Part shown: positions 36,866 to 49,706 of the stretch, one piece after another
Numbering within the stretch: position 1 is the stretch's first letter
How the letters are laid out: each line of letters opens with the position of its first letter
Source: Massalongia carnosa
Lineage: Eukaryota
DNA: 64,000 bases
Assembly: GCA_965645245.1 (NCBI GenBank)
Contig: OZ287074.1
Span: 1,984,001 to 2,048,000 of the forward strand
Reading direction: 5' to 3'
Made by a program: the position numbers and the translations under genes
Notes under the pieces: model-generated
What the model saw: the letters and a program-made list of their open reading frames with translations, nothing else
Database searches by the model: none
Told to the model about the DNA's origin: nothing

Positions 36866-38687
36866 TCATCCGAGAAATTTCGTGATTCTCTGCCACAAGT
36901 TTCCTCGCAAAGACTTTCCACCACGCGCCGGCTTTTTCTCGGCGGAAGTTCCCCTCTCGGGTGATACGGCCGGGGATTGCGGCTTGACAGGAGGAGATTC
37001 CTTCTCGACCGCTTGCGGTTGCCTTCCGCTCATGCTTTGCGCGACTTGTCGCCGCTGAACCTTTCCCGTGGCGGTCTTCGGCATCTGCTCGATGTAGTAC
37101 ACCTGCATACCACCAGTCAGTTACTTGAGTCCAAACACGATCAGGCCGCGTGTGGGGGGAATTGGCGTCGGCGCAAGCGAACATACCACTTTGGGGATCT
37201 TGAACTTGGCCGCCCTTTTCTCAAACCATGCCAGGAGCTCTGCAGTTGGCAGCTGAGCGCCCTCCTGCAGCACAATCGCCACACCGACATCCTCCCCGTA
37301 CAGGTCGTCCTTGATGGCAAAACTGACGGCCTCTTGGATCTTGGGATGTTGTACTAGAAGGTTGTCGATCTCGACCGGGCTGATCTTCTCGCCTCCCTTG
37401 TTGATCAGTTCCTTGATTCGGCCGGTCAGGAAAAGATAGCCGTCTTTGTCGAGATAGCCTTGATCGCCGGTGCGCAGGTACCCGGCTGGCGTGAAGGGGG
37501 AAGCCACAACTTTCGGATCGCCCAGATAGCCTGATGTTACGTTTTCGCCTTTGACGGAGACTTCCCCAATCTGGCCATGAGGCAGCGGGTTGCCCGCTTC
37601 GTCCTTGATCTTCAGGGTCACACCCTGCGGGATTCCGACGGAACCGGGCTTGCGAATTCCCGGGGGAAGAGGGTTTGAGGTCATCTGGTGAGCGGCTTCT
37701 GTCATGGCGTAAGCTTCTATGACCGGAGCGTCGAAGAAGGTTTCGAGTCGTTGATGAACGGCCGGCGCGAGTGGCGAGGAACACGATCGAACGAACCGAA
37801 TCGGTGGCGTGGGGGATGGACGCTCGTTCTTGAGCAAGATTTGGTGGATTGTTGGAACGGCGGTAAACCAATTCGCCTTGAAATTGACAAAATCGCGCCA
37901 AAACTCGGATGCTGAAAAGCGGGCAGGAACAATGACCGATCCACGGCTCATCAACGGAGCAAGAAAGCCAGCTAGCAGCCCATGAACATGGAACAACGGC
38001 ATCACCAGAAGCGTTCGGTCTGACGATGTCAAATCATACGTTTTTTGGATATTGACCATCGTTCGGCACAGATTCTTGTGGGTTAACGGCACCTGGTACG
38101 GGATCAGTTGAGTGCAAAGAGCGACCAGCTGCACACGAGAAACATACTGCTTTGGGTCGACCAGTGGTTCCGCTGGTGTGCAGAACCAACGCCACATCCT
38201 GCGTCTCGGGCGAGTTCACGCTTGCCGGCGCTCGACTCGCGAGACCTCTCAGCTCGATGGTTGGCAGGGTGACTTCACACCAATCCCACGATATCTCTGC
38301 TACCGCAGCGTTACACGCTCGTGCCGCCTTGATGGCCTCGCCATTCTCCGCGATGGCACCTTTCGGCACCAACACCACGGCAGCGTTCAGGTCGTTCAAG
38401 TAGAATTCGAATTCGTTTTGCTGGTATGCAGGGTTAAGCGGTGCACAGGTTGCGCGCTGGAGCGATGTGGCCAGGAAAGCGACCACACATTCGAGACTGT
38501 TCGGAAGAGCAATTGCCACGGCATCCTTGTGGGAGATCCCGATGGCCGCTAGTTTCTGTTGGAAGCTGAGAACATGTCGCCGTAGCTCTCGATGCGAAAG
38601 AACGATGGGGGCGGGTTCCCGTGGGATGAGTATTGCCGTAGCATCGATCTCGTGCGAGAGGCAGTCTGAAAGGGTTGACGATGTCAT
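36866..38687 (-). CDS. oxalate-CoA ligase-like acyl-CoA synthetase (Pcs60/AAE3 family), 3 exons
   Basis: ATG at 38687; APLNPAY..EFEFYL; AMP-binding LVLHTSGTTGRPK; VMPLFHVHGL; RFVRSCSSPLAP; EAYAMTEAAHQMTSNPLP; RTGDQG; ELINKGGEKISPVEID; MPKTATGKVQRR. Confidence 0.88.
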
Positions 38688-38849
38688 GGCTGTACACAAG
38701 TGAAGGACGAGGCACGATTGCGAGAATGAGAAGACTCGTTGCAAGAATATGAGTTGATTTGTATGAACGACGAGTCTTTTCCTCGAACATGAAACATCCA
38801 CGTATCGATATTGACCAAATTGGAAACCCGAGTACCGTTGAGGAGGCTT

Positions 38850-38860
38850 TCGGGTACCGA
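38850..38860. promoter_or_regulatory. AflR-type site TCGGGTACCGA in the CoA-ligase/TPP-lyase divergent promoter
   Basis: TCG-N5-CGA within the extended near-palindrome CTTTCGGGTACCGAAAG. Confidence 0.65.
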
Positions 38861-39352
38861 AAGTGAGGCGATGCCGTCAGTGTCCCCATTTAGTTAGTGA
38901 GTACTTATCCACCCACAAGTGCCACGCCCTTCTGGACTGTGCCTCGCATGGTGAACTACCCGTAACATATACAGATACCCTGTACTCTGTACTCTCTCAC
39001 GACAGAGTACTGTATGAACAAAGTTACACGGTACAGAGTACCTCTTCCGTTCCGTACCAAGTACTCTATGTACAGAGATAAGTTACAAGCAATCCCGATA
39101 GAGCAACCGTTGGACGGACGGCTGAAGAGATGGGATGTTGGCGACTCGACAGAGACTTGACCGTCGGTATGCGGTGCTCTTAAAATAAACAGGCAGGTGG
39201 TGATTGTGTCGATTCAAGTCAAGAACGTATTCTTTGCTCGTGTGCACGTTTCATATCGTTCAGGTCGAACTGTCTATTGTACTCGTACGCTGGTTTTTCC
39301 AATTTCTCCTACTCGACTGCAGACCTCACCCGCAAACTCCATCACCACCAGT

Positions 39353-41255
39353 ATGCATTCTTCGTCAACCTCAACCAAGAGTGGTGCTGCGCTCGTAGCC
39401 AACGCGTTGCACCAGTTGGGCGTCAAGGTCATATTCGGTCTCGTGGGCATCCCCGTCGTGCAGATTGCCGAAGAAGCCACGGCGCTGGGCATCCGATTTA
39501 TCGCATTTCGCAACGAGCAAGCCGCAAGCTATGCGGCGACGGCGTATGGATACCTCATGGGCAAACCTGGAGTCTGTCTCGTGGTCGGTGGTCCAGGCGT
39601 CCTTCATGCCATGGCGGGGATCGGGAACTCGTCGGCGAATGCGTTCCCCATGCTTCTTCTGGCGGGCTCGTGCGAAACGCAGTTGGTCACTCGAGGGGCT
39701 TTCCAAGAGCTCGATGCAATTTCCCTGCTCACTCCACATACCAAGACGGCGATACGAGCGACAACGGAGTCGATCTCGTATGCTTTGACCCATGCATATC
39801 GGGTGGCTGGTTATGGACGCCCGGGAACAGGATTCGTGGATCTGCCGGCCGATGTAATCCAAGGCGAGAGCGAACAGCAATCGACATGCCTTGTCCAGGC
39901 TCCCCCTCGAGCCGGAGCCGACCCGGAGCAGCTGGCACGGATCGCGGAGCTTGTCAAAACCGCTAGCGCCCCGCTCATTGTCGTTGGAAAGGGCGCGGCC
40001 TATGCACGAGCGGAGGCGACCATTCGAGCTCTCGTCGACCAGACAAGCATACCCTTTCTGCCGACCCCGATGGGCAAAGGAGTCCTTCCAGATTCTCATC
40101 CACTGAATGCGTCGTCCGCGCGAAGCGCAGCTCTCAAGAACGCGGACGTGGTCCTGCTTCTCGGAGCTAGACTCAACTGGATCTTGCACTTTGGAGATGA
40201 CTCGAAATGGAGCGCCAACGTCACATTCATTCAGGTGGATTCGTCGGCAGAGGAAATCGGGCATAACAACCGCTCGAATCCGGAACAGGGTCTCATCGGA
40301 GATATCAAGGTCGTCACCGCTCAACTGACCGCCGTTCTAGGCGGCTGGCGATATGACCTGAGTTTGCCGTACATGGCCGTCACGATCCGACAAAGCAGAG
40401 AGAAGAACGAACGAAACGCAGCCAAAGCCGCCAAACGGCACTCAGAACCGATGAACTATCATCGCGCTTTTGATGTCATCAAACTCACCCTCCAGGCGCT
40501 GTCACCCATCGAAGCAGGAAACGTCGTGTACGTCTCCGAAGGCGCCAACACCATGGATATCTCGCGCAGCGTGTTTGCCGTGGAGCATCCCCGCCGTCGC
40601 CTCGACGCAGGCACCTACGCCACCATGGGTGTGGGGCTCGGCTACGCCATCGCCGCGCATTGCGCCTACAACCTGCCGGATCCGGAGGGCGACGCGGGAG
40701 CCTCGACGATGGCGTCGCCGAGGAAGAAAATCGTCTGCCTGGAAGGCGACTCGGCGTTTGGCTTCTCCATGGCCGAAGTCGAGACCATGGCGCGATACCG
40801 TATGGACGTGCTGATCTTCGTGCTCAACAACGGCGGCATCTACCACGGGGATTGCGCCGAAGGGGACGAATGGCTGAGGCTGCAGGCCGCCACGAGCGAT
40901 GGCAGGCCCGCTGCCCGGGGCCTGCGGAGCACCAGCCTGGGCTGGCAGGTCGGCTACGAGAAAATGGCCGAGATGTGCGGCGGAAAGGGCTTCCTGGTCC
41001 GAACGCCGGAGGAACTCGCGCAAGCGACCGAGGAGGGCTTCAAGGCCGACGTGCCGGTCGTCGTGAACATCGTGATCGAGTCGGGCCACGAGAAGACCTT
41101 GGTCAGTCACCCATCCATCCATTCTCGTGCCTTATAGGCGCTCAATCTTATCCAATCCACTCCCCCCATGGTCTTTTTTTTTTCGCTAACTGTTCCTGAA
41201 GGAGTTTGCGTGGCAGAAAAAGTCGTCCGACCGGAAAGCGGAGCCTAAGAGTTAG
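39353..41255 (+). CDS. TPP-dependent 2-hydroxyacyl-CoA lyase / oxalyl-CoA decarboxylase family enzyme; intron 41102-41201
   Basis: ATG at 39353; IFGLVGIPV, FRNEQAASYAA, VVGGPGVLHA, GAFQELD, FLPTPMGKG, LGARLNWILHFG, SEGANTMDI, RLDAGTYATMGVG, TPP motif EGDSAFGFS..NNGG; last exon EFAWQKKSSDRKAEPKS*. Confidence 0.9.
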
Positions 41256-42234
41256 CACGTGAAGGGATAGGGAATGTGAGGTTTGGGGGGAACCGTACAT
41301 ATGTAGGCAGACCGGCCCCGAAAACGCTACTTGGTGGTTTTCATGGGCCTGGTTTGCATGTATGCTGTACGTTTCGACGTGAACTCTTTCGGGGGAGACA
41401 GTCATCCGGGTAAGATGATTGAATTTTCCGAAAGCGATTTCGATCCAATTTTAGTTTCAATTTCTACCAGGTTTATGTGAAAACGGACATGAACGTAAGC
41501 ATACCGCACACTGTTGTATGTATGTATGTATGTATGGATATATCCCATCTACCTATCCTCTCCTATCCGTCTATCCATCCACTCATGCGTCCGTCCGCCT
41601 ATCTCATCTATCCAGATCATCTGTTCCGTTTGTTTGTCATCTATCCATTTATCCATCTATCTATCCCGAGGAAGGAGAAGGGGAAAGGATGACGGGAAGG
41701 AAGATCCATCCAACCCACCCATCCACCCCGCCATTCTCTAGAAAGAGCTCTATGCTCCGTGCCGGGAAGATTTCGAATCTCTTTTCTGAGGAATGGATGG
41801 ATGGATGGATTAGTGAATGGATCAATAGAGGGGAAGGGGAAGAGAAAGAGAAAAAATGTATATTTGCATGCATACACCAAAGTATACGTAAAACATGCAA
41901 GGTGTGCGTATATATTATATATCTACAACCCGAACTTGGAATCGGCGATTGCTGTTTTCGTTAGGGAAAGGAAGCAAGGCCTTTAGAGGAAGCTGGGGGG
42001 TTTGAGCCTGAACTAGCTGTTATTAGCTCTGAGAGGGCGATCCTTTACCAACTCGCTACCATATCGCCACCATATCGCCAAAACCTCATATTTGTTATAC
42101 TGCCCCATCGTTGCCAGCCCTGCCGGTTGTCCAATAGATGGACTACCTCTCCCGGGACTCGCTATAACGGATAAGGATAGAACATCGCTGAACGCAGGTC
42201 AACCTCCCATCTCTACAGTGGCAGGGAAGGCGAA

Positions 42235-43272
42235 ATGCATCTAGATCATAAAATCCCCTGGAACCTGGCGTGCAGCCATCTCAAAGTTTTCCTACCTCCG
42301 CCGCCTGAAGAACAAAGTCGCTTTCCACCCCGTTTTCCGGGCTTACGGGCTCGAAATCAGTCGAGGCAAGTTTCTGATCTTAATCATTTTGCTCGTGTTT
42401 TGGCGAGCGCAATCCGGGAGTTCTCAACGACCGAGAGAAGAAAATACTCAACAGAAGAGCTAGATTCTTGCCCGTCTGACAAGGTCTTCTCTGACACATG
42501 GCGAGATGACTATACTAGTCGTGATGACATACTTGGATTCTTTCCGGAGATGCAGAGTTTCTCAGAGTGGGCAGAGGCTAGAAGAGGAGGTCGTTACTAC
42601 AAAAAAAGTGCCTTCGCAGACGTGGTAAAAGCACTCTTGGATCCAGAAGGATTGGACGCCCATGAGAACATGATGAGCCTTCTACGTTTGGCTCGTCACC
42701 CAGAGATATATTTACAGGATCTCGACTATTTTGGCCGCTGTTACCAGGAAGGTATAGTTGCCATACCTGAAGTCACGCTTCAAGCTTACATATACCTGAA
42801 CGTCATCGGATGCCTACCTGCAGAACAACGGCAAAAGATTCAGACGTCGGAATGGAATTTGAGATTCGTGCATGACCTCATAAAACCCAATTACATTCAT
42901 GCGCAACAAATACCACACCGACGCTTCTGGAGCCATTCTTGCCGCTGGGATGCAAACGCTCAACAAATGGCGTCGATTCGGAACTTGCGGTACTCGGGAC
43001 ACATTGATTGGTTTGCCGATATGAAGAAGCTCACCGATTATCTCTCCATGTGCTTTAAGATGCTTGTTAGATACGATTGTGTCATGAGAGAAACCGGTGT
43101 CGACGTTGATTGGGTCCATTTAATCATCGAGTGGACACCACTTCCTTTTGATAAGAAGCTAGTTCCTGCGCAAGATGAAAAGAGCCTTCCTGACTTAATG
43201 GAGTTCAAGGAGCACACAGATTCCACTAGCAAAGCCACTAGAGCACCTTTTTCTTTTCTTCTTTCAAACTGA
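42235..43272 (+). CDS. hypothetical protein (345 aa, intronless)
   Basis: Long ORF with ATG start and globular-protein composition; no motif recognised. Confidence 0.65.
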   Translation: MHLDHKIPWNLACSHLKVFLPPPPEEQSRFPPRFPGLRARNQSRQVSDLNHFARVLASAIREFSTTERRKYSTEELDSCPSDKVFSDTWRDDYTSRDDILGFFPEMQSFSEWAEARRGGRYYKKSAFADVVKALLDPEGLDAHENMMSLLRLARHPEIYLQDLDYFGRCYQEGIVAIPEVTLQAYIYLNVIGCLPAEQRQKIQTSEWNLRFVHDLIKPNYIHAQQIPHRRFWSHSCRWDANAQQMASIRNLRYSGHIDWFADMKKLTDYLSMCFKMLVRYDCVMRETGVDVDWVHLIIEWTPLPFDKKLVPAQDEKSLPDLMEFKEHTDSTSKATRAPFSFLLSN

Positions 43273-44303
43273 TTCATTAAGCGTATGCGTCCTAAGAATA
43301 TGACGCTGTGACTGCTATTTATGTACATAAGCAACAGTCAGAAAGTGGAAATCTGGTTCTTGGGGTAAAAATCACTCTTTAAATGCATTATGATCGCTTC
43401 GAAAACGTTCTTTGATCACGCGGCGTATGCACTCGGATCTTCAAGCGCTAGAAATCCTGTAGACTGGATGAACTCGACGATGTAATTTTCACCCGTTCGA
43501 CGAACGATCTTTCTTTTCCAACGTTTCGATTCCACCAAAGGAAAGACGAGTCGCGACCGAGGACCGATCCTGGGCGCCGTGTCGTTATAAACAAAAGCGT
43601 AGTCGTTTCGAAAGAACGGGTTTTTTTCCTTTTCTTTCGATGAAGTGAGAGAGAGACTTCCGCCCGAGGGATGTGAGCGTTCCGAATGCATGGGCTTTTG
43701 AATGCCTTTGAGGCGATTGAATGGTCAGCAGAGAGGCTGATCATGCAAACGACCATCGAGATGCGGGCTTCCGCGTTGGCGATGATCAGGTATTGGCCAC
43801 CGCCCGAGGAGGTCTGCACCACGTAGAGGTTTTCTGTCTGACCTGGCAGGCCTTGCCCCCGACTGTACTTTTGTGTCATGGTGTGGACAAGGTTCATCTA
43901 CGGAAACATTAGATGCTTACTTGAGCTTTAATCGATTCGTTTAAAAGCAATCGATCGTAAATGAAACTGTGACTTGATTGTCAAAAACAGAACAATTCTT
44001 GAAACGGGAAAAGAAAAAGCAATCAATCTTTCGAGAGAGATGGCGGATACGATCATGAAATTAACAGCATTGACGCAACGCGCGCACAACACGCGAAGGA
44101 AGAGCAAGCGCAAATAAGAGAGACAGAAACGCACATCGTTCCTTGCCAAGTCAAGTTAAGTCAAGTCAAGTCTCTCTCCTTCGTTATATCTATCTAGTCT
44201 GCTCCAGAACTGCCAGCCAAGCAAAGAAACGACCGGACTCAAGCACACCCCTCGCACATCCGTCCTCGTGCCTGTGCCTTTTTCGCCACCGCGACCCGCC
44301 TCC

Positions 44304-45103
44304 CTAGTGGCCGTCGCCCGCCGCGCCAAAGACCCTCACCCGTGGCTCGATGTCGGCGAACTGCTTCTCGACCCCGCCGCGGGGCGGGCCGTTGGGGGTA
44401 CCGAAGACGAGCTGAGCGCGCAGGTTCCATTCGGCCGGCAGACCCCATGCCGCGTTAATTTCCTCCGTGAGGCCTTTCTGGTAGTGCTGCAGGTTGCAGC
44501 CGAGGCCTTCGGCACAAAACGCGGTCCAGACTGCGAACGCAGTTGGGTTAGTGAGTGGGGCGGAGAGAGGGAAAAGGGGGACACGCGGGCCCCCTTGTGA
44601 AGTGGGCGCTCTCTCTTACCGGTGTATTGGGCAATGCCGTTGGAGTGCTCGCCCCAATCGGGGAAGCTCTTGATCAAGTTGCCCAGCATGGGGGGCATTT
44701 TGTTCACGGCTTCGGGGTCATCGTAGAAGAGAACCTGCCACGGGGAGTTGGTATGGCTCGGTATAAGCATTCAGTTACGTGATTGTCTTACCGTGCCATA
44801 CGACTGCTTGAAGGCCTTCAGATTGGGAGTGATGCGGCTGGCGAAGAATTCCGGAGGATCGGTCTTGCGTCTATGCTCGTAGGCCATGTCCCACAGCTTT
44901 TCGTGGTCTTTATGCAGCAGGACGACGGCGCGGGCGGACTGCACGTGGAACGGGCTGGGGGTGTGGAGCAGAGAGTGCTTGACGAGCTCGACGATACGGG
45001 AGTCGGGAATGGTGGATTCTTTCTTCAGCTCGATGGTGGAGCGGCGGATGACGGTGGCCTCGAGGAAAGAGACTTTGGAAGCCATGCTGATTGGGGTGGC
45101 CAT
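44304..45103 (-). CDS. nitroreductase-family protein (Frm2/Hbn1-like), 3 exons
   Basis: RRSTIEL, HTPSPFHVQSARAVVL, YGTVLFY, WGEHSNGIAQY, VWTAFCAEGLGCNLQHY, LRAQLVFG after manual splicing; stop at 44304-44306. Confidence 0.85.
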
Positions 45104-46624
45104 CTTGGATGGGTTTGTCTTGCGGAGGGATGAGGAGTGGAGAGTAGAAAGGTCTTGGCGCTGTCGAGCAGATCAATCTGACTAAGACAACTTGGCAGAT
45201 GACTTGACAGACGAGATGGCGATCTATCGATTTAAATATTTAGGACGGAAAGAGGGAATGAGAACGAGATGAGGCTGAGGAAGCTAAATGTTGGCTCGAT
45301 CTACGGCAACCGAAGAACTTGTCACGTGTCGAGATGTAACGGTTATTTCCAGATGGCCGGACCCCACGTTTCTCCAGCCTTCCAAGGGCCGAGCCGTCAA
45401 CTCCCGAAGCTTAGCTATCAGCCTCGTACAGTGTTCACCAGGCAGCTTGGCAGGTACAGGGTACAGGAACAAAGTACTAGCACAGAGTACGAGGATAGAG
45501 TACCGAGTACCTCTCGTGCCTCTGTAGCGGACTCACAGCCCTTTAATCCCGGAAACCGTAAGTGCCCCCGGGTAAGCCCTAAGATTAACTCCAAGGTTAA
45601 CCTAACCCGACGAACGCTTGCGTCAGCCAATGACATCGTCGCTTCGGTCATCGTTCTACCCCATCAACTTCAGGGTCCAGAAGCTCACTTGGAGATCGGA
45701 GATAAACTTGTGCTACTCTATAGAGTAGTTGCAATGCCAATCCCTCATGAGCCCTCCTGCCTGAGTTGATCATTCCTCCTGTTGACGCCTGAATGAAGTC
45801 GACTTCGCTGAATATCAACCTCCCTTCGCGGATTCAGGACCAAGTGCCCGAAGTGCAAGCACAGCACCCACTCACTACCCACGCTCATATTGGCATTCGG
45901 GAGTCCACGGCGCCCTTTTAGCCACCCACCGTCAAACGGCCCACATCAACGACTCGATGGATACCTGTACAAAGATGAGCTTTCGGAGAGTGGGGCTGAG
46001 GGTAAAGAGGATGCTGGAAGATCGCCCCTCTGGTGAAGGCATATCCCGTAACATCCACGGCTCCAAAAGCTGACGATTTTCAGAATCGCCCACAAGACGA
46101 AGACGGAGAAGATGGACCTCGCGAGTATGGAAAATTTTGTCGAAATTGGGAAGAATGCTGTTTGCGTTGATGAAAATTCTTCTTTGTATGGTGGAGTTTA
46201 TGGGCGCTGAGTATATGGCTTTCGATCCACCCGAGCCGATGCGAATGGATGACGAAGAGGTATTATTAGCGCTACAGGCATTTCAATGCATCATTTGACA
46301 CAACTTTCTTTCTGTCTATCACCATTATCATAGTCATAGATCGCCAGAAGCAAGACTTTTTCTTACATGCGTACAATAAATGCCGCGATGCAAACAACGA
46401 CGGGAAGATATCAAAGTATTTCCGTCCAACTCAAATCAGACTCCTCTATAGCGTAGAATGCCTATCGTTAAGGTTTCCTAATCTTTCACGCCAAAGAGAC
46501 TTCTAGGAACTAAGCAGCGCACTACAGCCAGACATAAGAGGAGCGAGAGCCAGAAACGGGCGGACGTACGAGCTTCGGATCTTACAAACCTAGCCTCATG
46601 TCATGGATTCAGCCCGAACGGATT

Positions 46625-46635
46625 TCGGTTCACGA
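46625..46635. promoter_or_regulatory. AflR-type site TCGGTTCACGA upstream of the MFS gene
   Basis: TCG-N5-CGA; a near match (reverse complement TCGGTTGCCGT) lies at 45303-45313 upstream of the nitroreductase. Confidence 0.55.
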
Positions 46636-46958
46636 AAGCCACGAGACGAGGCGTGCTCTAATATTAGCCTTTGCAGTTTTCTGGACCGTGCCACTCGGTT
46701 TCCATCGAACACGAGCCAACGAGTTATCTTTACCGGTGCCAACTTTATTCCTGTCGTGGCTCCTGCGCGCAGTAACCCGGAAACGGCCCACCTCTACCTA
46801 TGATAGCTGTGTCTGCTCAGTATTTGCGGCATGCCTCCCACTCTCCATGTTTCTATCAAGTCTCCTAGTTGACTCCATCTTGCTCACTCCAAAGGTTGTT
46901 GAATATATTTTTTTTTCGCCCAAAGTGATCTTATATGCCATCCTTACAATGTGATAAC

Positions 46959-48940
46959 ATGGACGACAGAATTAGTCAAGATCGCAAGAGTAATTACCCT
47001 CATACCCCAGAGAGAGAATGGAGTCTGGAAATGCCACGTCGAGACTCCCTCCCTATATCTCCGACCGATGAAGAAGGATCCGACACCATCGCTGTAGAAA
47101 CAAACTCAGCGGCCCGGATGGTAATGTATCATGACCAGGAGATACAATGTGATTTCGACGAAAAGGGCAAAAAGACAATGCAAACACGAAATGACGGAAG
47201 CTTGCCGACAAGGTCAAGATTAGCCATTCTGGTAGTGTGCACTTGTATGGCCATCTTCCTTCAGGCCCTCGTAAGTCGACGAGACATCGTTTCTAAGGAA
47301 GCCGGCTATTAACCTTTCCGCAGGACACGACCATCATCGCGACAGCCATACCTCGCATTACCCGACAATTTCACTCCATAGAAGATGTCGGCTGGTACGG
47401 GTCTGCATATTTCTTGACAAGCTGCGCCTTTCAAATGCTGTGGGGCCGCATCTTCACGTTCTTCGACCTCAAATGGGCCTACCTATGTTCTATACTGATA
47501 TTCGAGGTCGGCTCTCTCATATGTGCCACCTCACCTAACTCCACTGCTCTGATCGTTGGTCGCGCAATCGCCGGTCTAGGCTCGGCAGGAATCTTCTCGG
47601 GCAGCTTCATCATTATTGCATGCTCTGTTCCTCTCGTCAAACGAGCCAAATACGGGGCGTTCCTGGGCAGCATGTACGGCATTGCCTCTGTGGCTGGACC
47701 GCTCATGGGGGGTGCTTTCACAGATCATCTGACATGGCGTTGGTGTTTCTACATAAATCTCCCTCTCGGCGGGGTCGCCCTGTTCGGAATCGCGTTCTTC
47801 TTCAAACCCGTGGCGCCAAACCCAGCCGCAGTCAATCTCCCACGCAACGAGAAGCTTCGAAAGCTCGACGGCGTGGGCACAATCCTCTTCGTAGGAGCCA
47901 CGACCTGCCTCTTTCTCGCACTCCAACTGGGTGGTGTCAAATATGGATGGTTTTCAGGGCGCATCGTACTCCTTTTGTTCGCATTCGGCCTCGCTGGCAT
48001 CACGTGGATCTACATCCAATATCGTAGGGGCGAAAACGCCACACTTCCTGGAAGGATTGTGAAGATGCGCTCCATCGCTGCCGGAGCCATATCCTCCTTC
48101 CTCATGGGCGGTGCCTTCTTCATCCTCTTGTACTACGTCGCCGTATGGTTCCAAGCAGTCAAGGGGCGTTCCGCCCTATCTTCCGGAATATCTTCACTAC
48201 CCATGGTCCTCGGTCTGACTATTGGGATGTTGATCGCGGGCCAAACCCAGGAATATGTAAACTACATCCCACCGTACATGATCTTTTCGGCCATCCTGGC
48301 TTCGATCGGGTGCGGCCTTTTTCTAACATGGACGCCGCACACATCAGAAGCTGCGTGGATTTGCGAGCTGGGGCTTTTCGGGATAGGACAGGGCTTAGGT
48401 TGGCAGCAGCCTTTTTCGATCTCGCAGATATTTCTGCCCAAGAAAGATCTACCGGTAGGAACGACGCTCATGTCTGGCTGCAAGTTGTTCGGAGGCGCCA
48501 TATTCCTCTCTGTGGGCTCGAGTGTATTTTCCCAGCATCTTGTATCGAATCTCCGGGCTGTAGGCCAGGGATTGGACGTGGACGCGGTCGTTGCAGCGGG
48601 TGCAACTCGACTGGCGAGCACTGTGTCGCCAGCTCTATTGCCACAAGTTCAAGAGGCGTACAATAGTGCTCTCAGACATGTTTTTGTGGTGAGCGTGTGT
48701 CTGAGCTGTCTCGCTGTGGTGACTGCCGCTGCCGTTGAATGGAGGCCGATCAAGGAGCAGCAGAAGGGCAGCATCGACAGAGAGTCGCAGCCTTCTTCAG
48801 CAGACGGTAGTGCTCCTCAAAGTGCGCAGCGTTTAGATGTGGTGGTGTTAGCGCGCAAAATCTATGAGGATGGAGCAAGATGGTTAAGGCGATTGATGGA
48901 AGACATCCGGAATATTTTTTCATTAGACGGGAAGACGTAA
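46959..48940 (+). CDS. MFS drug/toxin efflux pump (DHA2, 14-TMS type); intron about 47271-47323
   Basis: [78 protein letters not shown]. The start could be 46935. Confidence 0.92.
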
Positions 48941-49706
48941 GCGGAGTACCCACACAAGTTACTCATCGATCAAATTCATGAATTACATACCAGTGTTTAT
49001 AGTTGTTTGTTTTAGATGAGTAGTGTACTGTACATGAATTATGAAATAGAAAGTTTACGATAATACAGATACCTAGCATGCGTTCCGTGTTACGGACATT
49101 TTTCATGACACGGTTGGGAAGCTCTGTGGAACTTTCTTAACAGCAGCACGTTCCTTTCAGGTTCCTTTCAGAACTAGATTATTCTACAACTAGGCGAGCT
49201 TGCTCACTCACATCTCTTATCATATTCATGATTGCTTCATTACTATTTAAATTGTCAATCCTTGTTGAAAAACCGCTGTATTGTGTACATATTTACAACC
49301 GGGGGGAGAGAATCATTACAAGCTGTGAAATGAGATATCAATTACTCTAACAGATAGCTACTCCATATTCCTAACTACACAGCGATCGACGATCAAATCC
49401 AGTAATCATATTAAAACGAATTCGACACTCAATTTTTCCATGGTCGAATTTCCAAGTCTATTCTTTCGAGTCTATTATAGAGGGTGATGCGAAGAATCAT
49501 AAAAACCAATGTGATATTGTTAAGATATAAGGTTTGTCCGAATTCTAATTAAAGCTGTACAAGGCATTAGGTATTCTAATTGTACAGAGTATAGCTACTA
49601 GTATGTGCAATATCGAAACAACATATTTATGCACCCGGTCCTGCTCGCCTTACTCCCCTTTTTATCAACCAACCCTGTATAAGGATATCTTTTTATTACT
49701 CTTATC

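Noticed and set aside
39371..41122. Long antisense and alternate-frame ORFs over the TPP enzyme
   Set aside because: Expected shadows of a GC-rich coding region.
43416..43897. Short ORFs between the orphan gene and the nitroreductase
   Set aside because: No recognisable motif or gene structure; a decayed fragment cannot be excluded or supported.
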